A stretch of 64,000 bases of DNA from Chrysomallon squamiferum (taxonomy: Eukaryota > Animalia > Mollusca). The stretch spans positions 4,154,001-4,218,000 of the forward strand of contig CM022679.1 of the NCBI GenBank assembly GCA_012295275.1, read 5' to 3'. The translations under genes and the position numbers were made by a program. A model generated the notes under the pieces. The model made no database searches. It saw only the letters and a program-made list of their open reading frames with translations, and was not told the DNA's origin. This document shows positions 29,700-44,632 of this stretch, in pieces (position 1 is the first letter of the stretch; every line of letters starts with the position of its first letter).

Positions 29700-29925
29700 T
29701 GAATCAACAACGTAGTCTGGAAATGACGAACATTATCAGAAGAACACACACAGGACAAGGAGCAAGAACAAGAGTCGCAGGAAACTCCAGTTCGCTTCTT
29801 TTTTTTTTACCCATAACAGACACTTTTAGTTTGCTTCTGCTTTTTGTACTTTGGTGAAAAGAGCCGACAGTTTTGTTTGTGATTGCAAGTGCTTTTTTTT
29901 TATTTTTGAGTGAGGATTTCTGAAG
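29700..29925 (+). other. Candidate non-coding (5' UTR or lncRNA) exon; start approximate
   Basis: Consensus donor AAG|GTAAGT (GT at 29926-29927) closes a complex-sequence island. ATTGG and ATGACGT motifs lie upstream, and all three frames carry stops before the donor. Confidence 0.25.
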
Positions 29926-30204
29926 GTAAGTCTGAAATTTCATTTATTTGCTTGTTTACGTAATTATTATTATTATTATTATTTTTTTTTTTTTTCAGAC
30001 AGTCACAATAATTTGATTAAAAGAAAGAGTAATTTTCTTACGATTCCTGAATAAATGAATGCATCATAAAGAGAAAGAAAATACATAATATGTGACCATA
30101 CGGACCTTTAGACAGACAAATGTATAGGTAGACAGTTTGACCTATAGAGTTTGAAAGCAAAGTACGCTAAATAGAAGATTATGACAAGAATGAAGGAGTG
30201 AGGT

Positions 30205-30205
<1 letters not shown>

Positions 30206-30293
<88 letters not shown>
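30206..30293. repeat. (GA)n microsatellite
   Basis: Directly visible. Confidence 0.98.
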
Positions 30294-30298
<5 letters not shown>

Positions 30299-30782
30299 TA
30301 TTGTTAAATGACGCAAAAGACAGAAAGACATGTTGTAACGTACATTATGTATTATTATGTCGCAGTTTGATTTATTTCCATCAATATTAACAAGTGATCA
30401 TTAGCATAATAAGACAATCAGCATAATTAACGCGAGATTACATGATGAACATAATTGTCGAATCGAGAAAATGTTTCATTAATTGTTAAAGGAAAGCACG
30501 AATGTAAATAAAAAAAAATAAAATAATAATAATAATTTAATATGATGTTCTCCTAAAGTGAAGTATAAATAATTAAACTGATACAGAACCAGACTTAAAC
30601 GTTTAATAATAAAAATTCTGAGTAATATTTTGGAGAAAAGATTCTTTGGTTTATTTTTTTTTTTCTTACTATTTTATGGAGACATTCTGTTGTTGTTATT
30701 ATTATTTTTATGGTGTGTATGTACATTTGTGAATGTGTATTTGTTTATTTTGTGTGTGTGTGTGTGTGTCTGTGTGTGTGTT

Positions 30783-30827
<45 letters not shown>

Positions 30828-31982
30828 CATACATATATATTGTTACATTTAAAACAAAGACAACCCTTCAGAACTGGTCGCAGCTGGAGGTGAAAGCTGG
30901 TAGAATTGTAACAGCCTTGGTCTAATTATAAATAGATGAAAATTACAGAAGATCCAATTATGCAGCAAAGTGATTCATTATGGATATAACAATTACTGAA
31001 AACACAATACTAGCGGATCAAGTTGACGGCCTAAGTGGTCGGTCCCACTAATAACAAATTGGTTAGCTCTTTCAGGATCACTGCCAGGATTGTTGAAAAT
31101 GGCTAATTTAGCCTCTGAGGTTGGCTGATCCTATCTATACTGAAAAATATTAACATAGTTTTAAATGTCGATATTGGTATATATATATACGTATTCACTA
31201 ATATGTAGATACACACATGACTAAACAGATAGCAAGACATACAGATAGACATAGACAGATACACAGAGATAGATATGTGTATTTGTTATACTAATATATT
31301 AAAATCATTGGTTAAAATGATTTGACGATTAGTACTGTTATAATGTCTTGTATGGGCTTGCATATTTTGAACAATGATTTTTTTTTCGGCTTGAAAAAAC
31401 TGTTCAGGTTTAAACTCTGGCTGGCGACTTTTTACCTTTGGGTTTTTCGTTTTTCTTTTTTCTTTTAATTATTAATTTATTTGTTTTTTTGGCAGATAGT
31501 GCCTAAATAATTAATGTAGATTTCGATTTTTGTACACTGATGAATTACGTTATTACGTATAGAATATAATACAGCTGTAAAACAATACAAAATGTGATGC
31601 TAACATATGGATGGCGATGGTTTTTAAGTTTTATTAAAAACCTGATATTAAACCATTGGATGGGTAAGTCGCCAGCGGAAATGACTTGACGTGTTTTACT
31701 CATGCAGTGTATCTAGAGAGGATTCAGTGAACCAGTAAGTAAGAAATAAATAAATAAAAAAAATAGAAATAAAAAAATAAAACAAATAAATAGTGACACC
31801 TACTAAAACGTGGAAAACAAATTAAAGTAATAAAACTTTAGTGTGTAAAATGAAGATAATATTTCTCTGAAGCATTCACAATAATATAAAAATAATAATG
31901 AACTTAATCGTATGTAGGAAAACATTAAAACAAAAGAATTAACAAAAATAACTACAGCAACAACAACAATAGTGATGATGAC

Positions 31983-32037
<55 letters not shown>

Positions 32038-35000
32038 GTAACATTTAAAAATAGAAAATAGCATTACAAAACCAAATATGAAGCAAAATAAACACGATGA
32101 AATCCTGACACAAACAATACCATAAAATCATACAACTTTTATTTTCTCTGTGTTTTGATTTGACTCAAATATCGATAGCCAGATTTTCGTGTATTACATG
32201 ATGTGATTATATAACTATATTTGTGTAATGTTTCTGAACAATAGCTAAACCATAAACACCAGCGGAGAATCTAGATAAGAACTCCAGGAGTACGTCATTC
32301 GCTTTATCAAACTCATCTACAAACGCGTAGATTGTTTTCTGCTTATTACATACCAGCACTGAAATAAAATCACTTTCCAGAACCGGCTCCTTTCTGCGAT
32401 AATAAAACTTGTGTTTTTTTTATATCGGTACTAACAGCAAGTGACGGAGAAATGAGTGCATATTTTTTGAAAATGTTATGGAAGTATATCTCGCAGACTG
32501 AAAGTCTGAGAAAGTAATCTAATTAAGCGTTCCCAGATTTGCAATTGGTTCTGTCTCTTCATCTAGATTTATTTCTGCGAAGATTTTCGCTTTCGGCGTT
32601 GCTACCGTTATTGTCAGAGCAGCATTAGTTGTAGTAGACGTTGATAAAGCTGATACGTTTTGATAAAAGAAAAAAAGAAGAAAAACTCGGTCATGTTGGA
32701 AAACAAATAAACTCATATTGGTAAACTTTTAAATAAAACAGCAATAAACGTGTAAACAAAGGGAACAACAACAATAAAGAAATAAATAAACAACAGAAAT
32801 ATATATATATATTAATTAATTATTTTTTTTTTAGAAAAATTTGATCTTTGCTAATATGTCATATACAGATTTACCACAAATAAACACTAATAACTGTGTG
32901 AGAAAAAGAGAGATTGTTTATATATTGTTATTTAATATAGTAAAATGCGGTTTTTCTTGTCAACGTAGTGTGGATATTTCATTCACAGAAGAATTTAGAA
33001 TAATTTCTGTTTACCTCGTCGACATCCTACTTTTTATTCTTATTTTCTCAAAATTCATCAGTTTGCGATGGGACCTGGCTTATGAAACTTATTTCAGAAC
33101 ATTCTGTACTTTCTTTGTCTTATTTCTTCTTATTCATATTATCAAAATCATACATTCGTGCAAGATCATCTTCATGGATTTTTTTTTTCTGATAAAACAT
33201 AAATAAAAACGGTATTTTTCTCGACGATTGCTGAAGTCTTTGTAAACACTCCACATATATGTGACAGCCAATGAAATGAATAACGAGCTGGAACGCGGTT
33301 AAAGCAAATATTTCGTTGCTTCTAGTATCTCTTGTCATATTTATACCCGAGGGCTTCGCAATTAACGAGTTTTGTGTGAGCTTTGAGGCAAATGAAGCGT
33401 TTGCTGATCTCGCTTGATTCGGAGGAATTGTGTAACGTTGATTTGACTGTCTTTAAATACAACTTCTGTGCGTTGTGTAGACCGTGAACACTGAAGTATT
33501 ATCAACAAACGTTAAAGAGGCAGTTTCTCAAAAAAATAAAATAAAAAAAAATAAAACTAAAATAATAATAATAAAAAAAAAATAAAAGAAAAAAAAACAA
33601 ATTTTTTTTTAATAAAAAAAAAAAAAAAAATAATAATAAAAATTAAAAAATAATAAGGAAAAAAAATTAATGAAAAAAAAAAAAAAAGAAAAAAATACAA
33701 ACAAAACACCCACAAAACACATTTATGAAATGTATGTTTAGTCTGAAGATTAAGTCAGTAAAATTATAAATTTGAAATCCGGGGTATGGACAGTCATATA
33801 ACCTTCCACACATGAATACTTGGGAAAAAAAAAAAAAAAAAAATAAAAAAAAAAAGAAAAGGAAAAAGATACTTCAAGACATTTTAATACTGATATTTAT
33901 TTTAATGTCAGATATGCTTTTGGACAGATAGAGTATTCATATACAGAAGCGGATTAATGGATAGAAAGAGATTTACATGTACGTACATATAAATGGATAC
34001 ACACATACTCATGTTTCACAACCTACATATTATACATCCTATGTATGTGAGTGTTATATGTCCACATATGTTAAATCTTATATATATTTAATTATTTTAT
34101 TTCATTTATTTTCTCTTTATCTTAAAATTGGTAGTAATGGTAATACCACTATTACTACTGCTGCCGCTACTACTATTGTTACTACTACTACTACTAATAA
34201 TAATAATAACTATAACAACAACAACAATAATAATCCATTTATTTAACAAGATATGATATTTTGTAAAACTTGCGAGAATTCTGTCAGATAAGCTGTTTAA
34301 ATAACAACATGTCTTATTACAACACTGTTGAGTATAACTGGATCTGCATCCTGGTTTTTTTAACTTAAGTACACTGTTCTCGTTTTCTTTTTCATCTCTG
34401 TCAGTAACACAGTGATTTCATTCCATGCGTAATATCCATGTAACTGTTATTTTAATGTAACAATAAGCCAATTTCCATTTTGCATTATGACTTTAGATGA
34501 TCATTAAATCTGAACAAAAATAATAAATACAAAAAAAAATATATTCAATTACAGTGGGATTTTTGTTTTGAACACACAGACGCGAAGAATATCTGGAAAA
34601 AAAGAAAGATTATGTAATTGATAGTTTTGTTGCGATGGGGTTTACTGCATCTAGAAATTCATCCTTATCCTGTATAAGTTTCTTTCTTATGGACATCGGT
34701 GCTTACAAACGATTACTTGTGCTAATTCTTAGCAATTTCCTATGGTGATTGATTGCGTTTTGCCTCTCATAATATATAATATGTATTACTAATTCAATTA
34801 TATTCATAATATAAAAGATTTATGTTTGCCAGTTGTTCTAGCAGTTGCAGTTATGTTTTAGAACTTGCACTGATAATAATGGTAGAAGTAGTAGTAGTGG
34901 AAATATTGTAGTTGTAGCTGACGTAATGCTTTTAGCATATGCATAATATTAAACTGCTTTGAGATGTATTTGAATAAACATCATTTCAGCTTTTTTTTTC

Positions 35001-36707
35001 ATTCTGTACTCTTTGGTTATTATCATTATTTTTTTTACTTTTCCATCTTTATTTTTCAATTTTACCCGTCCTTCTTTCTTCCCTTTCTTTCTGCAGTCCA
35101 TCAACAACAAATATAACCTTTGACACCCGACCTCTCAGCAACCTGACCCGCGTATCGAAAACGAGTCTCCTTATTTTGGATTAAATCTAATCACAATTAA
35201 TCTCACACGCTGACAGTGTCCGCTAATATCTATTTAAACCTTCATATTTCCATGCGCAGACTTGTGTCCTGAAATCGTTGATTGGACTGTCCCAAAATTT
35301 TCTAATCACTACGTTCGCTCAGATTGGCTGATGGCATCAACATATCGTTAATGGAGAAATATTATATTTCCCTCCAAGCTCTAATAGTGTATTAATGGAT
35401 TCAATTTCCATCTCAGAGACACTTCATTTCCTCAAATGGACCAGAGGTCGCTTTCGGTGTAAACTCCTTTGAAAACCATTTGTTCTTTTCAAGATATTTA
35501 GGAGCCGCCCGGGGTGAAGGGATTTTTTTTTTTTTTTTTTTTCCATAAAAAAAGAAATTTAAAAAGAGTTTATACTGATTGAGTACTTATCTTGGCGTAA
35601 ATTGCGAAGAGTTAGGGTTGAGGGAAGAGGGTCATTCTCTCTGCTAGAAGAATGTTATCGCCAGTTGCCCGAGGATGATAATACATTAATTCAAAGAGAT
35701 GATCTCAGCGTAGAGACTGTTAAATGTTTTCAAATAAATACAGAAATAAAGAACTGGAGAAAGCGATAAATAATTACAGTCAGCAAGCAGATAAGTTGTA
35801 CTTGAGACTGAAGAAGTGATAAAAATTAAGGTAGCAGTAGCTGCAGTTATGACATAATAGTAGTCGTAACAGATGTAATGATGATAGTAGTAGTAGTAGT
35901 CGTAGTAGTGCTAGAAGTATAATTAGTAGTAGTGGTAGAAATAACAACTGTGGTAGTAGTAGTAGTAGCAGTAATAGTCCAAAAGAAATATTACGTGTCG
36001 TAGCAAAAGATGATATGTTAGAAATGTTTTGTTGGAATCTCTACAAGGAGTTATAAATGTAGGAGAAGAATAAACGAGTATCTGTGTATGTACATATGTC
36101 TGTATGTGGATGTATAATGTATGTATGTATGTATTTATATATATGTATGTATGTATGTGTATATGCGTTTAGCGTGTATGCACGTAGGGTGTATGTATTT
36201 GTGTACATATGTACATATATATTTCTATAAATTCTCATGTACATTTATACGACTTTTAAACCTATCTTCTAGATATTTACTATTTTTCATTCATTAAGAT
36301 TACTATTTGTGTTTGTTCATCTTTTAGTATATCGAGATATATTAAACAAAATTAATTGTTCAGACGTTTTTGTTGTTGTATTTTTTAACGATTAATTTTC
36401 AGTCATAAAATCGTTTGACAATGACGTTAATTGTTTCCTGTATTGAACACAAACGCTGTAATTGTTATGCTGGTCAATATCTTGTTGTGTGTGATTGAAC
36501 GTCTGCTGTGTGTGAAAACAAATAGCTATTTTTATTATCTCGTGTGGATAGGTTAAGTAAACTGCGCATATTGATTAGCAACAGAAAACTGAATGTATGA
36601 CACGAGTATGAAGGCTATTTTGCAGGTGTAGGTATAGAAACAGAAAAAAAAATACATACAGGAAAAAAAAGAAAAGAAAAGTAGACTGATTTATAATGAC
36701 CAGAGCT

Positions 36708-36746
<39 letters not shown>

Positions 36747-36749
36747 TAT

Positions 36750-36780
<31 letters not shown>

Positions 36781-38999
36781 CCAACAACAACAACAGCAAC
36801 AACAACAACAAGAAAAGGTAACGCGTCAAAGGTTGTTTCAAACGTCATTTTACCGGATATTTTTGACGGCCCCGAATCTGGTAAAAGAAACAATAAATTT
36901 TAGTCACAAGTCTAAGACATTCACCTACGTATTTTATTTTTACAGAAATAACAACCAACGTCCTGGTTCTCAACTTTTCCCACAGCACCAGCATATATAC
37001 AAGATAACAGCATAACTAGTAATTATTTTTAAAACACCACACGACAAATTTATCGCACAAATTTGGTTAACTGTATTGCTAACATTAGCACGGGCCGGTT
37101 CTGGTAAACACTTTCTCAAGAGATCAATCATTAGCTATATTTATTTTGACTTGGGGTTAAATTACGTTGAGTGCAAGCCGGATAAGGAAACGTATTGGTA
37201 GCAAAAACTAGGTAGACATGTCTTTATTCATTTACACCATGTAATTCGTCTTCAGCAACAATTATTTTCGATGATGGCCGCAGGAGTCCGAGTGATTCCC
37301 TTTCCTGGACTTAAAAACACTCGCTCTAACACACCATCAAACCATAGTCAAGTTGGGAGCGATCACCATAACACACCCCGCGGATTAGACTAAACAACGC
37401 CAAGTGCCGCATGTTTATTCTGAATGTTTCCGTCTCTGTGTGTGTGTGGTTTTTGAGAGGTGGTCATTCTTTTGTGGCTGTACAAGTCACATCTCTGCAT
37501 TGATTGGTGCATCTGGAAACAACGCCAACCTCATTGATTTGTCACGGGCTTTTCAATATCGGAATGGAACTTGCTTGTTGATTATGTAATTAAGAACTCG
37601 TTGTTGAGCCTGCAGTTGTCATTCTCCGATGGTATGGAATCTGTTACATCGTTCTCGAGCCAGATTCATTAGTGCACTGCAGCCAGACCAGGTTTTAGTT
37701 CGATGGTTAGAGCGCTCGCCTTAGGGGGTTGATCGATTGCCGAATCGATATTTTCTGTGCACTCGTTCCCACAACAGCTGAACAAGTATCCATTCATCAT
37801 GTAGCATGATTTTTCGTGTAATATGAAGAGAAAAATGTAGAAAATATCCACTGAAGAACAGATGTAGACAGTCTAGAAAAATATAAAGAAAATAATTATT
37901 TTAGACGTGATAAAAAAGTATCTTTTGAAGTAAAATAATTTTTTTTTTAAAAGTGAGAGATACAGATGTATATTTTATAAGAAATACAAAATCATAAACA
38001 TGTATAATAAAGAAAAATGAACTTTATGACTTGTGGATAAAGTGGAAAAAGATGAAAGCGGTTATTAAGATGGTATACAAAACAATAAAACAATAAATAA
38101 ATAAAAGAAAAAATAAATAAAAAGAAAAAAAGAACTAAATAAGACGTAAAGAAAATGAATTATACAAAACGTAAAACATTTGTTTTTTTATATAATACAT
38201 AACATCTGCATTATGTGCAAAACATACAGAACTGTACAAGACGCTTATAATATCTGTATAACGCGTAAACATAAAGAACTGTACACGACATAAAGAAAAA
38301 CATAAATAATATGATTATGTAACAAAAAGAAGTGTACAGAACAATACCAGCTTCTCCGTCCTTTCAATTACTTGTTTACTTGTTACTGAATAACTTCCAA
38401 ACACTAAATTATCAAGTTACGTTCCAAAAGTATATCACCCTTTTCACATCGGCTTTAATGCCAACTTAATGACAAGAAATGTAATTTAACATCAGTCAAA
38501 CCTTTCGTCATGTCTCTGTTTTTTTTTTTTTCTGTACGTTATTAAACAAGGATATAACGAATTGCATTCTCACGTGCGTTGTGAAATACCTCATTCTGAA
38601 ATATTCCCTAGAGATTTCCTACCAGGAAGAATATTCAATGGAAAGGTTGGTCCATTCAGGTGTAATACGGGCTTTGTTTAATTTTTTGCCTGTGACGTAT
38701 TATAACATATGAAATGTTTTCCAGGATTGTAGTAATTCTGAATCACATAGTCTAGTTTCAGATTATCCCCAGTTTTATTATTTAAAAATATTACATTTAA
38801 TATAAATTATATTAGTATCTTAATTAATAATTCATTTACTAATTTGTCGGAAAAAAAGAAGAAGTGTATAACGATATCATCAGACTATTTTATTATTATT
38901 TCTGTTTATATATATATAGCGTCAGAATAGTTAATAATTAATAGTTAATATAGATTATATTGTGTTATTATATTTAAAAAAATAAAAATTAAATAAATA

Positions 39000-39060
<61 letters not shown>

Positions 39061-40039
39061 TAATAATATGATGATTGATGCTTCATTTATATTTCCCAAA
39101 ACATAGAAACAAAAAATAAAAAAAGTTCACATTTTAATCAAAAAATAAAAATAAAAAAATAAATAAATAAATAATCGGCAAAAGTAAAGCGTGTACGAAT
39201 TAATCTTGACAAGCCATTTTGAGTCATTAATAACCGTTGTCAGATTCTCGGAGTTCCGAATGAAAACTAGAAAAATGAGCGAGTTCATAATCCACTCACA
39301 TACTCAGAGGTTTTGTCTAGGATCATCACTGGGGTGTTCTGTTAATATTCTTTTATCAGGGCAAGCAGCAAGGGCAGATAAGCGATACGTCATAATGTAC
39401 ACAAAATAATGTCTCCATTAATTAGCGAAACCAATTGAAACAACACGGGCGAAAGCTGCAACATTTCTTAGGTGAATGCTTGTTATATCTTTCTGTTTGT
39501 TTATATACTAAGATACAAATATATTCAAACAAAAATACGTGCACATATATACATACATAGAAACATACATACATACATACATACATACATACATACATAC
39601 ATACACACATATGGATGAGCAGACATAGACAGACAAATATAGATAGATATAGATAGATAGATAGATGGATGGATATATAGATAGATATAGATATAGACAG
39701 GCAGATAGACAGATAGATAAATGAAGAGCAGTAGATCATTAACTTCAGATAAAACATTTTTAATCCGAGTCACTGAATTTAGACAAACCTGTGACATATT
39801 TTATAAATAAGCACATCATTTTACAGCATATTCCCTTCAGGATTAACACACTGACATTTCTTATTCAAACTTTCCTTAAATAAAATACAACCATGTACTT
39901 TTAAATCAGCGGGGATTAATTCGAATTATGTTTATGTTGATATACTTTTCTACAGCACCTGAGCATTCGATCGCCCTCTTCATGTCAGTGTAAATTTTCT
40001 GTTCATTTAGAAAACCAGTCACATAAATGTATTGTGTTT

Positions 40040-40560
40040 TACATCTACAAGTTAGTTAATAACCATCTTTCAGTTACATTTACAAATTAGCAACTGAAAT
40101 ATTTTTATCTTACATTTTACAAATTTGCAACTGAAATATTTTTTACTTTACATTTACAAATTTGCAACTGAAATATTTTTTACTTTACATTTACAAATTT
40201 GCAACTGAAATATTTTTTACTTTACATTTACAAATTTGCAACTGAAATATTTTTATCTTACATTTACTAATTTGCAACTAAAATATTTTTTCATTTTATC
40301 TCTACAAATTAGCAACTGAAATAATTTGTTCTTGTAGTTACAAATTAGAGAAAGAAATATCTTACTCATACCTTTACGAATCAATAAAAGAAATATCTTT
40401 TCTCCTTTGTTCTATATTTACAAACATGACAAAGAAATATTTTAGTCATATACTATTTACAAAGTGGCAACTAATTATCTGTTGGGTTACATTTACAAAT
40501 TAGAAACCAAATGGTGTTTCTCTTACATTTAATCACCAGTTAGAGAAATGTTTTTCTTAC
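40040..40560. repeat. ~37-bp minisatellite
   Basis: Unit TTACATTTACAAATTTGCAACTGAAATATTTTTTACT, with about 6-7 well-conserved copies at 40074-40325 and degenerate copies on both sides. Confidence 0.9.
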
Positions 40561-41120
40561 TTTCTACGTTTATAAAACAATTCAATTACATTAAAAATGT
40601 TTTTTTTTTTTTTTTTTTTTTTAAATACACGTAAGAAGTATTTATTATGTTTGCAATCTGTCATAGAAATATTTTTCACATTCATTTAGAAACTAGTTCT
40701 ATACTAGTTCTTTGTTGTATCTTTAGTCATAGAATTATAGATCTGCTTTTCATGAAATTAGTTTTCGAACGATTTCTAAAACAGCACTATACAAAACAAA
40801 CAATACAAACAACAACAATAAAAAAAAAAGAACAACAACAAAAAACACAACAAAACAACATATAAACAAACAAACGAAAACTCAAACAAAACAGATAAAC
40901 AACAGTAAACAAAAAAATACAAAAATACAAAAAAACAACAATAACAACAACAACAACATCAACATAAAATAATAATAATAATAAAATATATATAAAAAAA
41001 TATATATATAAATAAAAAAAAAGAAAGAAAGAAAACAACCAAAGTCTACAAGCCAAGACTGCAATATCAGCAAAAACAAAAACCACCACCACCACCATCA
41101 CCACCACCACCACCACCACC

Positions 41121-41165
<45 letters not shown>

Positions 41166-43865
41166 AATAATAATAATAATAATAATTTTAATTATAATAA
41201 TAATAACTGTAAATGCAGTAATTATGGATGGTTCTAACGACGTATTTCCAGGGCTGTTAGCGAGTTCACACAGCGAACATCTTCATTCCCCTCAACCCAT
41301 CGAGTGACCCGCGCAACAGCTAACTTACGACATGCCATGACTGACACCTCATCACTGACGTGCATCATTTTGACAGCGGCATTGTGCAGTTCTCGTGTTG
41401 TTACTCTTGATTTTACTAAATGCAGTGTCTATCAGGTCTTTTGTCCTCTTCCAAGATGTTACTGGATAGTTAGAACGGAAGAAAAAAATGTTTGCCCCTA
41501 TTGAAATAGGAAGACAAATCTTGAATAATGTCGACTAATATTTGGTTTAGAAAAATATGTAAATAAATAAATACTAAGTAAAAATATTAATTGAGATAAA
41601 AGAAAATTAAATTAAAAAAATTATGTCTTTATAACTGATATTTCACTCAATATTTCATAAATCTAGAGTTCTGGCAACTTTTTGTTTATCAGAATTCCTG
41701 GAGACAGGAACCCTCATGTCGTAAGGCTGTTAGAAATTTGTTTTACATCTCTGTGTGGAACGGGAATTAATGTGATAGGCGAAAAGAAGGAACACTCATC
41801 TGTCAAGGTGTCACTGTTCTTTTGATATCTATGTTCATCATCTTTCGATAGGCAAGAACTATATTTAAAATGAGATGATCATGATTCAAAAATTTCGAAG
41901 AGTAAGATTCAATCCAGCGACCCAACGTATCTCAGGCGAATTATTTCCCAGAGTGAGCTTCTTTAAATATTATCCTTCAGTCCACAAGATCAACGATTAC
42001 GTTCAATGGAGGAGAAAGACCCATGAACTCAGGTGAATATATCATTGGAGATGGACCGTTATTGGCTTCGTATATCATTCCCTTTGATAGAACAATTTAG
42101 AGGAGTTTTCTTCAAGAATTTTGGATTACCTACAGAAATAAAACTTATAACATTTTGTTATCACACTGCAGTCAGTTTGGGTGAATTTATTATCCGTATT
42201 TGTGTAATATTATTATCATTATTACTGCTGAGGTTTGCAAAACAGTTCGTATTTTAATGGTCAAAAATGTGAGACGAACACAATTATTGCCTATTTTAAC
42301 GTATACGAACATGTTTTGACTGTTCTGTAGTGCATATGAACTGATGTCGTAAGTGATGTCCTGCTACTAGAAAGATATATGGATGATTCAAAGTTCGATT
42401 TATGAGTGATAAGGCGTAAGATCAGTCATCTTCTGTTCGCCTATTTAAGTACATTTTGTCTCAACCATTAGTGAAAGACTTTCACTAAAATTTAATGGTA
42501 TCATTCCTTTCTTGGTTAGATGCATGTAAACGATTTCTTGATTTTAACTGATACGTGCATCCATCCAAGTTGTGATATAGCTTTTTCATTCTTGCAAATG
42601 GTCATTATGCAAATCACAATTACATTTGGCACTGAGTAGCCGTTAGAAACACTTCAGTAACACAGTGCATTCCTCGATTTTGGAAATTCACCGAATTCAT
42701 CTGAATTTCCCCAGCAGCTATTTACAGCCGACTTGTTTACACACAGTGTTACTGAACTATAAAATTAAAAATTGACAATTTTATCTCCTAGAAACAACAG
42801 AACGACCTTGGCAAGGCTATATAATCAAAAATGTCTGAATTTAACTGAACGTTATCATCATACATATATCCCCTTAATATTAACCGTCTGTTTTGTATAT
42901 CACAATTCACATATACTTAAAAAAAAAAAAAAAAACTGAAAAGATGCGCGGCTGTCTGAGGATCTATTTGGAAATGGATAAACTATCTGAATGGTGGTTT
43001 GTGATCATGAATATTCATGGCTGTTAAATTCTGTCGCTGTAAAGTGTCTTTGTTGATCCAAGGTATTGCAGATCATGACCGCGATGTGTCAAACCATCTT
43101 TAATAGGACGAGAGTAAACGTCTCCGTTTGTTTAGTCACCTTTTTTCTGATCATTTGCTTCATCGATTGTTATCAGAAAAGTTATTTTGGAAAACTCAGT
43201 CCTCAAGGAGAAGCGCCGGCTTGTCGAATAAATGTCGTCTTTGTAGCAGAATGGATGCTGGATGGCTGGACAGATGGATGGATGTTATTAGTCTGGCTGA
43301 ATGAATGAATGAATGAATGAATGAATGAATGAATGAGTGTGTGGATGGACTGCTCCTGGGTGGGATAAACGTATTTTGGGAACGGGTGAATGAAAGGACG
43401 GACGGATACATGGATAGATGGATGAATGAACGGAAGGGAAAATCGAAAGAGTTGACTAAAACCTGCGTGGTATTAACCAGATCAAAAATACTGATTTTCA
43501 TAAAACAAACACAGAACTGATATTATAACACAAGATAAACAAATAATGAATAGGTTTGTCTTTAATTCGTATTAGAACTGTTATTTCCATCCTTTATCAT
43601 TAACAAAGGTTAGGGACCAGTCAATCGGAAGTTGAATACTTAAAGCTTATTTTACCCATCACTATTTGTACACTGTGAAAAAAAAAAATCAGTATCCAAA
43701 GACATGTTTATGGCCTCGATCCTAATAACATTGATAATTTATTACCAAAAAAGGAAAAAAAAAAAGGAAAAAAGGATATTGGTTTGATAAAAAATCTGTC
43801 TACTGAGGAAGTTACGTCTGAAGACTGAATTAAACAAAGTGCCGTTAGTTAGTGGGATAAAAAAA

Positions 43866-43899
<34 letters not shown>

Positions 43900-44380
43900 T
43901 ATCTACTTGTGACATTTTCACGAACAAATTACGACGTTATTGCTTAGCGGGTTTTATATCCAGTTAGTGAGAAAATCAATACATAGTCAGAAAATAAACT
44001 GGTTGAAAAACGGTTTATTGCGATTCAGCCATTTTGAGAGATTATTTTCAGTGTCCCTTGAGAGATTTGGTCTGAAACGTTTTGAAAAGCAGAAGCTTCG
44101 GTTATTGAGTCGCTGTGAAAATACTTAGTGATTAATTTTGTATTAAATATAATGTCCGTAATCGTAATCACTTACGCACAGACGGAGCGGAGATTGTTTG
44201 TTTGTTTTCTTTCTTTGTTGTTATTGTTGCCGTTGTTGTTGTTGTTATTTTTATTATTCAGTTTAGCTGGTACTGATTTGGACGTCCTTAGAATGTTACT
44301 GAAAAACCGATGCAAGCAAATAGCAAATGATGAATTAATAACAATAACTATTTTAACATATTAATTACAGCATTTTACTA

Positions 44381-44566
44381 TTTTATTATCATTATCATCA
44401 TCATCGGCATCATTATTATTGTTTTTTATGGTTATTATTATTATTATTATTATGATGATGATGATTATCATTAAAATCATTAATTTTAATGATGATAATA
44501 ATAATAATAACAATAATAATAATAACAATAATAATGATGCCGATGATGATGATAATGATAATAAAA
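44381..44566. repeat. Foldback inverted repeat (43-bp perfect outer arms, imperfect inner arms)
   Basis: 44381-44423 (TTTTATTATCATTATCATCATCATCGGCATCATTATTATTGTT) is the exact reverse complement of 44524-44566. The central ATCATTAAAAT/ATTTTAATGAT also pairs. Confidence 0.9.
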
Positions 44567-44589
44567 ATGGATAATAATAATAATAATAA

Positions 44590-44632
<43 letters not shown>

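Noticed and set aside
37696-37745. tRNA/SINE-head-like TAGTTCGATGGTTAGAGCGCTCGCC
   Set aside because: It resembles an A-box, but there is no acceptor stem, anticodon arm or clean B-box. At most a decayed fragment.
40074-40325. CRISPR-like repeat length (37 bp)
   Set aside because: No spacers, no cas genes, and a eukaryotic context.
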